Program-made: the position numbers and the translations under genes | The notes under the pieces: model-generated | Databases searched by the model: none | What the model was told of the DNA's origin: nothing | What the model saw: the letters and a program-made list of their open reading frames with translations, nothing else | Shown here: positions 33,077 to 43,950 of the stretch, in pieces | Position numbering within the stretch: the first letter of the stretch is position 1 | How the letters are laid out: each line of letters starts with the position of its first letter | DNA from: Rhodosorus marinus CCMP1338 | Lineage: Eukaryota > Plantae > Rhodophyta | Direction: 5' to 3' | NCBI GenBank assembly: GCA_029953675.1 | Contig: JAMWBK010000006.1 | Span: 682,001 to 746,000 of the forward strand | Length of the DNA: 64,000 nt

Positions 33077-34642
33077 ATGGACTACAGAGATAGTTATGAG
33101 GGGGTGGACAAGAACTCGGACCTGGCATGGGGAAATGAGCTAATCCCGGGAGGGGAGTTTTTATCCCCTGGCGTTGACGGAGGCCCGGGGAATAACGAGT
33201 ATGACTTGGACATGTCGAAGGATGCTGCCCTTAAGCAGTTTGAGGCGCAACTCAAACAGACTGCAGAAGATAGACCTGCCAAGGTCGAGGATAGATTTAA
33301 CATGTTGTCCCCCGGCACAAAGGGGGCCTTGGAGGAGGCGCTGGTGGCGGAATTGAACTTTTCTTCGGAATCACCGGCTGTACCTGCTTCCACTCCGGTA
33401 GCAAATGAATTTGATCTTCCGGGCAGTACCATAAATCCATATCCGATTGCATTCGGAGCGGAAGACTTCAACGCTTTGGTCGCTGGTCAAGTTCCCGATG
33501 TGGCAGCTTTGAGTTCTTCTCTACCTGCGCCATCGACAATGCCCATCTTACCAGATGGTCGAGCCGCTAATCCGCATCAAGGCTTAAACCCGTCCTTTGC
33601 AGACCTGGAAAACTCTGGACTTGACCTAAACATGGGCGGCATGAAGCTTGATGATGACGGGTTTGGAAACTTTTTGGACACGTCGTTTCTCCGAGACAAT
33701 TTACCTCCAAACCTAAGCACGTCGCCCACAGCCATGTCCCCGGGCTTTGCGAATAACAATCCTGCGGGGAATATGGGCACGCGTGTAAATGTGCCGGACA
33801 ACAGAAACACGGCCGGCATGATGCAGTCCTCATTGGGTGAGAATATGATGACCAACCCTGTGAGAATGGCGAACTCGTCAATGGGCTTTGTACATGAAGG
33901 TCCAGTCGCTCATGCTCCAGTCGCAAACCAACCCAATTTCTCTGGTGGGGACCGGGTGTTGGATGAGCTATTGGGTAGATTATCGAAACACGAGAGTATG
34001 CCTGAAGGCGCTAAACCAGACCGGGGATCCGGCGTCGATCGGGACCATGTTAGCTCTTTTTTCATTGAGGATGACACGCACTATCGACAATCTAGGAGGG
34101 CACCGCAGGACACGAATTGGAACTCTGAATCTGAAAGCTGGGAACCTTCGTCCTCGGCGAGAAGCGCAGGTCGTCGGGTCTCTCCGGGCCCCGCTTCAAG
34201 GTTTTGCCACATTTGCTCGCGCACAGAGAAAACTGCGAGGCACGTGACGTGCGCGAATTTCGAACTGGGCGAGTGTAGGAAGATTACCTGCGAGAAATGC
34301 TTCAAAACGTAAGTGGCCATTCTTGAAAGCCTCATGGCTTCCTGTACAAGGACTTACACTCCTCATTTCCATAATCGAATTTCGTGTTAGGTATGGCTGG
34401 GACTGGGAGAGTGCTAGCGCGCCAGGCCGCAGTTGGGTTTGTACCCACTGTTTAGACAATTGTCCCGTCAAGGCTCGATGCAAGATCTACGAGAAAGTGA
34501 ATTCAAGACGTCGTGAGAGGAGCAAAGAACGCAGACGTAGAACCCCGTCCGTATCACCCGGGAGAGGTCCCAGGAGCACTCTGAGCTCACCGCGAAGAAC
34601 CACATCCGGAGGGTTCTTCAGCGAACCGCCGTCCCCTCTTTG
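33077..34642 (+). CDS. Cys-rich zinc-finger protein (zf-4CXXC_R1/CDCA7-like) with long disordered N-terminus
   Basis: One intron (~34310-34390) joins SRFCHICSR...HVTCANFELGECRKITCEKCFKT to YGWDWESA...WVCTHCLDNCPVKARCKIYEKVNSRRR, followed by a basic NLS-like stretch. Domain label is inferred from Cys spacing. Confidence 0.78.
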
Positions 34643-35690
34643 AACAAGTTTCTTTTGAAGGGTGTTCATTGTTTCTCGGAACTGGCTGTATCTTTCGCCT
34701 TCTATTTTGTTTTTCTCGCCTCCAATATTTGCTTGCATAGGACATTAACCCTAACTTCCTCTCTCACAAATTCCTGTTAATGGCAAAACCATTTCTTTCA
34801 AAGGCCATATGTAAAGTTTGAGACCCGTACTCAACAAAGACGCGAATGACCCGATGTGAATGACAAGCCTAAAATATTGATTGCCCTCAATAATGCCTGG
34901 GTGTCCATATTACCCTCTCTTGCAGTTGAAAAATACCAGAAAAAGGGGAGAGCCCCTCAATTCATTTTCTCTCCATTCTCGGTCCCCGGCAGCCTATACA
35001 TAGGTTTACCTCTTACGATCACAACCCGAGACAACCAAAACCATGTGATCATTACATCGACTTGAGCTACTGACAAAAGCATTCAGCAGTCGTCCGGACA
35101 ACTGTTGGACAACCTGTCCGCGATTTCTTATTTCAGAACTCCTCTCCCCTGGGTACAAATCTAGTCCATTGTGACTCCCCCTTTATTCAACAGCGGGTAA
35201 CAATGAAATCTCCTTTCAAGGGGGTTTAGGGCTTTTCAACTGGAGAAGAAGAAAATTATTCTTATCATAACAACAAAAACACCTGCTGATCTCTTCGCAC
35301 GTTAAGGGGTAGAGGGGGGGTGGTGCGATAATTGTCAAAACATACCTGATAGTAGGGGAGAGGAGGAGGGGGGGTAGGTGAGGAAGGGGTTTCCTTGATG
35401 CTATGTTTTTAATTGTTTTTTGAGTTTCAGAGTTTACTGTCAGCCGGTGATGTATGGCAAAAAACGGAATTGGAATGGTCGGTGTTCCCATTCAGTTCGT
35501 TTTCAGTTGGAATGAGAGCTTAAAAGGCGAGGTGCTGGAATTTTTTTTGGGGGTTGATAGGGGGACTTTTAGGGGAGCAGTCCCGGAGTATTTAGGGCAC
35601 AGGATCTATTCAAAGTCCTGCTCTGTTGCGTACTGACCGAATGCACCGGAGCTGTTGTCCATTTCTTGGCGATCGTCACGATTCCTGGTG

Positions 35691-37744
35691 ATGCTCAGAA
35701 TGCATATGCAGAGAATGGGATCGAGCGAAGCCGACCAGATGCTCAAGCAGGTGAGAATAGAGATCGTAATACGATGTAGGTGAGTGGAACATCGCTCTCT
35801 GAAAACGCTTTTGGCTTCTTCTGCCCCGATCCGACCTAGATCTGCGAGGTTTACAGTTTCCTAATGAAGGAGAGGGAGGACGTTGTGTACGATTCTTCAG
35901 AGATAGAACTAGTTGAGCCGAGGAGACGTGTGAACGTGATGATAGTCGGAAATCACTCTGTGGGAAAGAGCTCTTTTATAAACTGGTATATGGAGACAGA
36001 CGCGCTAAGAACTGGAGTCGCAATGGAGAGCTCTGGATTCTCCATTGTGACACAAGGGAAAAGGAGGCAGAGCCTGAAAGGGAACGCGACAATCAACGCA
36101 TTTCGCTATTTACAGTCAATAGCGTAAGTATGGAGCTCTCATTCCGAGCAGATTCTCGATCTGAAACAGGAATCCAACTGAATCCGTAAGCATAGTTCGT
36201 TCGAGGGCAGCCTCGATCACTTGAGAACAGAAGTAGTTCCCGAAGCGCGCATGGGAAAACATTTAGTCACCTTTTTTGACACTCCAGGACTCACTGACGG
36301 AGAACACCAGTACCCATTTCCAGTTGAGCAAATCATTCTTGAACTAGCGAAAAGCATGGATCTTATCCTCGTCTTCTACGACCCGGTTGGCCAGGGTTTA
36401 TGCTCCCGCACATCGAGAGTAGTTGGAACCCTGAACAGGCTGTTCCGAAATAAGCTTCGTTTCTATCTCACAAAAGCTGATACAATCGACAACCCAGAGG
36501 ACGGCCACAAGATTATCTTTCAAGTCGCTCAGAATCTACCTGTAAGGGACGTCTTGAGACAATCACTTCCGAAATCTACCTCTACTAACGTTCAGACGGT
36601 ACCGTCGCAGTGCAAAAATCATGCTGCGAGCCTTGCCATGATCTCCCTACCACATTTCTACAACGACGCGATTGTCGATGTCGCCGAAAGGCATATCGAC
36701 TGCTTACGCGCAGATATTGACAAAGCGGTCGACGAAAAAGTGCAGGTTCGAAACTCGAGCTGTGGGCAATCACTGGGACTACACATCCTTATCGCGAGAG
36801 TTTCTAATTGTTCCAAGGACGAGCTCTTACGAGCCATCAACGATACAGACCAAATTCTCAAATCACTGGAGATGTCTGACCAAATGCAAACCCACGCAGT
36901 TAAGCACAATAGCCGGATTGTGATTTGGAGGACGGCATTGGCAATGATTGCCACCACTGCCTCGGGTATGCAAGATAACAGCAAATCGCAGGGGAAGCTG
37001 GGGTTCTAACCTCTTCTGTGCTTCTCTCCGACTTGGACTGATCGCGTAGTGTCACTTTCATTTTGTATCATCACTGTATACGACGCACACTACACTAGAA
37101 GTTGCCTTGAAAGCGTTCTTCCGAAGGCGATTCTCGAAAGCGAACCAAGACGGAGACTCTTGAGCAGGTACCGGAAAGATCTCAGCAGGACGCCATGCTT
37201 GTGGGACGCCGCTTAGATATCTTGAGACGCATTTTTTTTCTACGCCTAGGTGGCAAGTGCTTTACCCCAACCTTGAGATGCCAGCGTCTGCAGTCGGTCT
37301 TCACGCAAGGTACTTATTGTTTTGCTTCATGTGCTACTATATTTTGCTCATGGTTTTCCTTGGCGTCCTTTGGTAAGCGCAATCGCCCGTCATGACGTAA
37401 TCTATAAGCCTTGCCTGAGCCAGCCGTCCTTCTTGCGCGTGAAGGTTTGTTCCGAAAAAAACGACAGTACTAACCTCCAAACAGCGCGCGAAACTCAAGG
37501 CTCACAAGGAGTAAGCCCGTGATACCCGCCAAGTGCCTCTTAAACCTTGCGGTCCAATTGACAACATATAATCCTTTCCTTCCCCAGGCGTGTGCAGGCC
37601 ATCAACTTGAAGAGCAAAGATATTTACGCCGCCTACATTTCCGAATCCATGAATCTCGACAGTAGTAGACATGGCTGTCAAGCTTCCCCAGCAGTAGGCT
37701 CAGAATGCGAACTTCAGAACCAGCAGTCACAATCACAATCGTGA
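35691..37744 (+). CDS. Dynamin-superfamily/EHD-sarcalumenin-like P-loop GTPase with C-terminal transmembrane segments
   Basis: G1 GNHSVGKSS, G2 T in RTGVAMES, G3 DTPGL and G4 TKAD, then a helical region and two hydrophobic stretches (TALAMIATTASVSLSFCIITV; YLLFCFMCYYILLMVFLGVLW). The 3' exons and start codon are less certain. Confidence 0.75.
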
Positions 37745-38238
37745 ATCAACCCGAACAACGGCTACCCGCAGCGACCAAAACTTGCATTCATCACGACACA
37801 CTTGTCAGTCAACAAATAACGACGAAGTCACGAACAATAAAAACCTCAAGTTTTTGCCTACTCTCGTGGCTGAGAAATATGATATAAAAATATAATTAAA
37901 AGGGGCACTTCCCACGGGAGCCATTAATTGGTCAAAGCCAAACGCGATACGGATTTTCGGCTTGGGAAAAGTGTATTTAAAAGTTTATGTAATACGAGTA
38001 CTACTCATACCTTGTCTGCAGTTGGTCTGATTTCCATACTAAGCTCTTGTGATTGGAAGAATGTGAACATAGGTGACGGACAGGGAAGTGAGAATGATGA
38101 AAACTGGAGTCATCTTGAAACAGTGAGGAGCGGAAGAGATCGTGTGGGTGGGGAGGGGGTAGGAGTTGTGGTATGTTTCTTTAGGAGGATATTGGAGGTA
38201 TAATTTCGAACGTTTCTTGAAGTAACCGAACAAAGAAT

Positions 38239-38853
38239 ATGGTTGCGAGGGATCAAGAGAATGAGAATGAAACCCAGGAAGGTTTTGAACCGGAGGATAT
38301 TGATATGATAGTTCCTACGGACTGGAGCAGCAAGATACGTGGGTGTTTGTCTTGCTCGCTGGTGAAGACCGTGAACCAGTTTGCGACCAACGGCTGCGAG
38401 AATTGTCCATTTCTAAATATGCAGGGTGATAAAGAGCGAATAATGGACTGCACGTCGAATTCTATTCTTGGGTGAGTGAAGTGTTCCTTGCTCTAGAGCC
38501 CTCGCTCGTGGAGCAAGTGTTTAGGCCTGCTCACTAAGTAGTGTTCTTGATTACGGTTTTTATTTAGTATTTATACAACAATGAACCCGAGGACCAGTTG
38601 GGTTGCAAAATGGCAGCGTACGGGTAAGTGGATTGCATTTCGTGACATCTCCGGTTGTTTTTGCCAAGGCTCTCCTCACGCCGGTCTACGTACGAAATCC
38701 TTCTACGGTGTGTAAACAGTAAAACTTCGCCCGGGCTGCTATGCGATAGCTATCGATGCTACGCTGCCGGAAGGCATAGAAGAAGAGCTGAGCGAGCAGG
38801 GTATACGGATCAAGCGAACAAGGGCAACCGCGGAAGCCACTCTGCGCAAGTAG
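38239..38853 (+). CDS. SPT4: Transcription elongation factor Spt4 (DSIF small subunit)
   Basis: RGCLSCSLVKTVNQFATNGCENC, DCTSNSILG-IYTTMNPRTSWVAKWQR, KLRPGCYAIAIDATLPE. Two GT-AG introns. Stop TAG at 38851-38853. Confidence 0.95.
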
Positions 38854-39140
38854 ACATCTCGCGCTTGTTCAAGCACTGATGTGGTTAAGTGCGAGAAGTT
38901 GAGAAGAATCAATTCAATGTATAAAAGCTAATCCCTCAAAATTCCCCGAACGCTGTTTCCCTCGTTAGAGAGTGTAACCCAAGCGTCCAATTTTAGTAGT
39001 CATCGACAAGGAGCACGACGTGATCAATATCTGTTCTACAAACCTCCCAGGAAGACTGGAATCTTCAATGCTTGCTTAGCAGCAGCCTTAAGCCCTACAA
39101 AGCAGGACAGTGGCTGATTTGCTGGCCCCCATCCACTATC

Positions 39141-39430
39141 CAGGAACATTGGCCTTCGATATTGATGGGACCACGAAGTAACAGTGGCAATAGACAATGT
39201 TTTGGACGGCACAGGAACAGTGGCCTTCGAAATTGATGGGGACCACAAAGTAACAGTGGCAACAGACAGTGTTTTGGAAGGCACTTTAAACAGTGATTTT
39301 CGAAGTAACAGTGGCAATAGACAATATTTTGGACGGCACAGTAACAGTGGCCTTCGGCATGTATTCATACGCAGTGTAACAGTGGCCTTTGTAAAAATGT
39401 GAGTCTTGGACCGCAAAGTAGCAGTAGCGT
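39141..39430 (+). repeat. Tandem array of ~70-bp units built on AACAGTGGC
   Basis: CAGGAACA(T/G)TGGCCTTCGA..ATTGATGG..ACCAC(G/A)AAGTAACAGTGGCAA at 39141 and 39212 (period 71), followed by partial units. About nine AACA(G/T)TGGC-like cores. Ends about 120 bp upstream of the NSUN5 ATG. Confidence 0.92.
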
Positions 39431-39550
39431 TCCTCCGCCTTAGGCCCGTAGGTGTCAGTAGGACTGCATGGAGGATTGAGAGAGTGTGGGCAATAACGGA
39501 GTTGGGAGCTTTAGGTAGATGAACGTCTTCTAAAGAATGGAATCGATGCT

Positions 39551-41576
39551 ATGAGCAATGATTCCTACGAGATTGCAGCTGAGGCCCTGTCCTTAGCTGA
39601 GGCGAGGAGGGGTTCTCTCCGTGGTATTTTGTTTTCTCTGAAAGGAAAAAGCGGTGAGGTTTCTGTTTTCTACTGAAGTCGATTAATCGATTCATTCGTT
39701 TTTGCGATAACTCATTGCTACTCGGTTTGGATCTGTTGGTGTCTACTTCTCAGGTGGGAACTGGAAGTCTGTTTATGCGCTTGCACATGAAACCCAGCGT
39801 TTCCTTGAGGTTTTAGAGGCCGCGATCGAAGAGTGCACGGCTGTACTAGAGCTCTGTAAGGGCCTTAGGGAACGAAATCTATGGTGGCTTGTCAGAGTGC
39901 TTTGCTACGATGCGACAATTGGCTCTGGGAGAAAGAAAGTTCGCTCTCGAAAGGGTTCTATTGCCCGAATTGTTTCAAAGAACGCAAGCGTAAGTCCAAC
40001 CCGCCTCTAACGGGCAAATAAGATTGGCCCTAGGACGCTAAAAATGTGCTTCCCGTAGGTCCTCCTGGATGCCATTGAGGCTCAGCACGGAGGCCAGTGG
40101 CACAACCGGAACGAGCTCCTAGGCAATGGTGACGACGCCAAGGGCTTACCCCGCTATGCGCGAGTCAATTTGATCAAAGGGACACGAGAACGAGCTCTTT
40201 CTATCTATAGAGAAGAAGGCTATGAAGTTGCTGTAGACGAGCACATCCCTAACCTTCTGATATTCCCTAGAGGGACAGATCTCCACGGCCATGAAACGGT
40301 TGAGCGCGGGGAAGTAATTCTGCAGGACAAGGTAAGCACGAGCGCACGCCAGGCGTCCCAAAAACGCGATAAAAATTCCCTCACCGAGTCCGTGGCCATT
40401 CTAGAGCAGCTGCATGGCTGCAGAGGCCATTTCCCCTCGGCCGAATTGGTTGGTCTTGGATGCATGTGCTGCTCCGGGGAACAAGACTACACATCTCGCG
40501 TCGATTCTGTCATCAAAAGGATCAACGTACGCTATTCGAAACGCCGATCTGTCACTAAGCAACACAAGGGGCTGAACGACTTTTCGTATTATTGCTGTCG
40601 CGGATGATTAAGGAGACGACCCTGCGTCTTGGCTGTGGACCGAGATGAAAAACGGTTCCAAACCCTAAAGGACAGAGTGAGGAATGCTGGAGCGGAGGAT
40701 CTGGTGCAGTGCACTCGGACGGACTTTCTTAGCATCGATCCAGCTAAGAAACCCTTCTGCGATGTGAGGGCTGTGAGTAAAGCAGCACGGAGGATAGAGA
40801 AGCCCAGCAGAAAGCTCTGGGATCATATCTAAACCGGTTTTACCTTGCGCCCATTCTGAAACCGTCTGCAGATTGTCTTAGATCCCTCGTGCTCAGGTTC
40901 CGGCCTGCTGAATCGCGTGAGTGTCTCCAAGTCATCGGATCAAGAGCATGTGAAGCGGTTGGATAAACTGGCACGTGTTCAGAAGCTGTTGCTCAAACAT
41001 GCGCTGTCCTTCCCCAATGTGGTGGTTGTGTAAGCAGACAACCGTGCTGGGCTTGTCTTGTTCTCACGTGCGTTGAGTGTTTGACTGTGCCGAAGATTCT
41101 TGGACGTTTGTAGGAGCTATTCGACTTGCAGCATTCACAAAGAAGAGAATGAGATGGTTGTGGCATCCGTACTCGGCGATGACGTCGTGGTCTCAGGATC
41201 TTGGGGACTCTCCCGTGCCTTACCCCAGTGGAAGAATAGAGGACTAGAACATACCTTTGATGAGTCCCAGATGTGTATCAGAACTGACCCAGGTAAGTGG
41301 CTTGGCCCCTTGCTAGCAGCTGAGAATCGCGTGGTTTGCTCATGTATCAGGTTGTAACTATGCATAGGATTGGACAACACAAACGGGTTCTTCCTGGCCA
41401 AATTTGAAAGAGCCCAGCCTACTCCCGGTCGCGTCCTTGCGATGGCTGAGGAATCGAAGTGCACTGCAGCGAAACAACCGGAACGGAGTATCGTAAAGCC
41501 GCAGCCGAAGCAGGCGAAGGCGAGTAGCAGACGGAAGAGAAGGGCTAAGTCTTGGAAGCGGGGAATCAGACCATGA
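39551..41576 (+). CDS. NSUN5: NSUN5/Rcm1 25S/28S rRNA m5C methyltransferase
   Basis: PRYARVNLIK, LILQDKSSC, VLDACAAPGNKTTHLA, IVLDPSCSGSG (motif IV Cys), YSTCSIHKEENEMVV (motif VI Cys), TNGFFLAKFER. Seven GT-AG introns. Confidence 0.93.
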
Positions 41577-42245
41577 AGACTCATCTCGCGTATTCGTATC
41601 AGAGCGGATTGCGTGGACACAATCACCGTTCAACGAGATTCTTCTGCAGACGGCCTTTAGGAAAACGTCGCAACTGACCTTCCCCAAGGTCGCGAAAGCG
41701 TCGCTAGGACTGAAACCCACATTCCACTGTGCACTTGGTTGATCCCAGTAATTGGCTAACATCTTAAGGCAGGCGCACCTTTTATTAAATTTCTAATTTT
41801 TGCGTTCACTTTTGCATAGAATATATGAGCTTACACTCTTAACCCTAAATAATTGGTTTATAAATACTAAACTTTTAATAAAAAGTGTTTCGGGTGGAAC
41901 ATATGGATCGGTAGTTCGGCAGCTACATGTTTAACGTCCTGCGCAGGCCCTTTTGCTTCGTATGTCTTTGCGGAAGCCAACTGGTCTGTGTTCGGCTAAG
42001 AAGAGATTCAAATCTGAGCATCTACCAGCCCCCCTGACGAGTTAGATTTCATCGAGGCTAGTGCGTCCAGAGTTCTCCAAAGACACACCTCGTACCGGTC
42101 AGGTCTTCTTTCGTGGAGGAGAAGCTCATGTCTTGGTGTGGTCAGTTCAAGCAAACCACTGAGTCTGGATTACAAAAACCAATGAGACCCTAGAGCAGTG
42201 GTAACAAACTCCTGCACGAGCAAGTGGTGAGAGAACGCCATCTAG

Positions 42246-42284
42246 TAGTTGTTGCGAACATTCACACAACGTTCGCAACAACTA
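42246..42284. other. Perfect 14-bp inverted repeat (hairpin, 11-nt loop)
   Basis: TAGTTGTTGCGAAC-ATTCACACAAC-GTTCGCAACAACTA, intergenic. Confidence 0.95.
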
Positions 42285-43950
42285 ATTCGTAGCCTAACCT
42301 CTCCCAAGACGCGCCAGTCAACCGGCTTCATCTGAACTCAAACAGCCTCAAGCATCTCAGCGATGAATGCCACAGCTGTTCACCGTGCAGGCTGGTTGTA
42401 GGAACCTAAAAATAATTATCATTTACAACTTTAGGGTATGTCTTCTCTATCCCCCCCAAACCAAGATAGCTCTTGAAAGCAGAAAATGGGACATCTGCAA
42501 AATAAAGGGGGTGCAGGGGTACACGGTCCAACCATTCATTTACACAAAAAATGGATATATCGTTTCAGTCTACCCCAGGAACCCCAGGCATAGGAAGGAA
42601 CACGGATTGAGATTAAATCTCCTATTCGTTTCCCCAGTTCTTAATCAGGGTAAAAAGAAGGGGAGAAAACGTACGAACATGTCTTCACCTGTTGTGTTGA
42701 ATGCATGTTCGCTCGAGTTTCTACTTCTAGACTAGACGCGAGAATTCAAAAAAACATGAAAAACCAGAGGCTATTTTTTCTTGCGTTTACTCCCTTTGCT
42801 TCTAGAACATGTAAATCAGTCATTACCCAGCTCGTAATAGGTGAATATTCCACTAGTAGATTATACATCAATCATTTACATATTTTCTGAGCGCGGTGGG
42901 TTTGTTTTTTGTATGTTCCGGTTTTGTGGGAATTTCCTCGAATTTTCTTCGCTTTAGGACCAAAAGCCCCTCCACAGAGTGGGTTTTCGGCTTGAATCCT
43001 TTTTGCAACTTTAGACCCCCTGTTCAGCACAGGAAAAAAAAAGGTTGTTCCCCACCTGACGTATATACATATAGTTCTTTTTTCTTTTGCTTTTCTTTGC
43101 TGAGAGGTCCTGGGTGAGATGACGACTGACCAAAAAAAAAGATGGCAGAAAATGATGGGGGTCGGGGGGTGGCGGGAGGGGAGTGAGAGATAGCTTCTGA
43201 AGGACATCGAATAAAACGATAAGGGAGCCAAAAAAAGGGTGTGGGGGCCTAACATTGAACACCATCGGAAGCATCGGCTGGAAACTTGCTTTATTTGGAA
43301 AAAAATGACCGGGCCAAATAAGGCCCCACGAAACCCCCTAAAAAATTGTGGAACCGGAAAAATCGTTAATGGGGAACGATTCAATGCGGGAGGGAAAAGG
43401 GGTGTGTGTGTGTATGTTTGCAAACCTCTCTTCTTCTGAATGTGACAAAGAAGAAACCTGTAGGTACGTGATGTGGTTGGTGGGTTGGCTAAAGGGGTAA
43501 GGGTTTTATCTGGTTGGTGGGATTGAGGAGGCTTTTTTGAGAGCGGAGGAGCTTTTTGAAGGGCTGCAGATTATTTTCCAAGGGGGGTCGGGGGAACGGT
43601 TAGATCGATTTTATTTTATTGGGATTTGAGGGAATAAGCTGTTTTTTTTTTCCTTTCTTTTTGTTAGTTTCCAATCTCTGAGGCATTTCTGAGGGGCTAC
43701 TTCTTTTAAAAAGGTGAGGGCTCTGGTTTGGAAGGGGAGGGTAGGGCGCTGGGGACGTGGTAGAGGGGGGGTTCGGGTTATGAGGTTGCGGGGATGGCCG
43801 TCGTAGATTTTTGAAATTTAACCTGCTGATGAAAACCATGTTTGAAGAGATGTGTATGTGAACTCACGCTTTTCTGGATTGGACTGGACGGTGTGGGACC
43901 AGACTGTCAGGTTGTGCGCCATTGACGGCAGAGAGAGCGCTTGTGAAAGG

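Noticed and set aside
36542-36817. Stop-free 3n introns (36542-36595 or 36610, 36746-36817; also PI4KB 18589-18678) as regulated intron retention
   Set aside because: About one in nine short introns should be 3n and stop-free by chance, so several are expected in this window.
39177-39190. RFX X-box interpretation of GTAACAGTGGCAA
   Set aside because: Only 10 of 14 positions match, the motif is not palindromic, and RFX factors are not known to me from red algae. A pure CCAAT box is also excluded because the central base varies.
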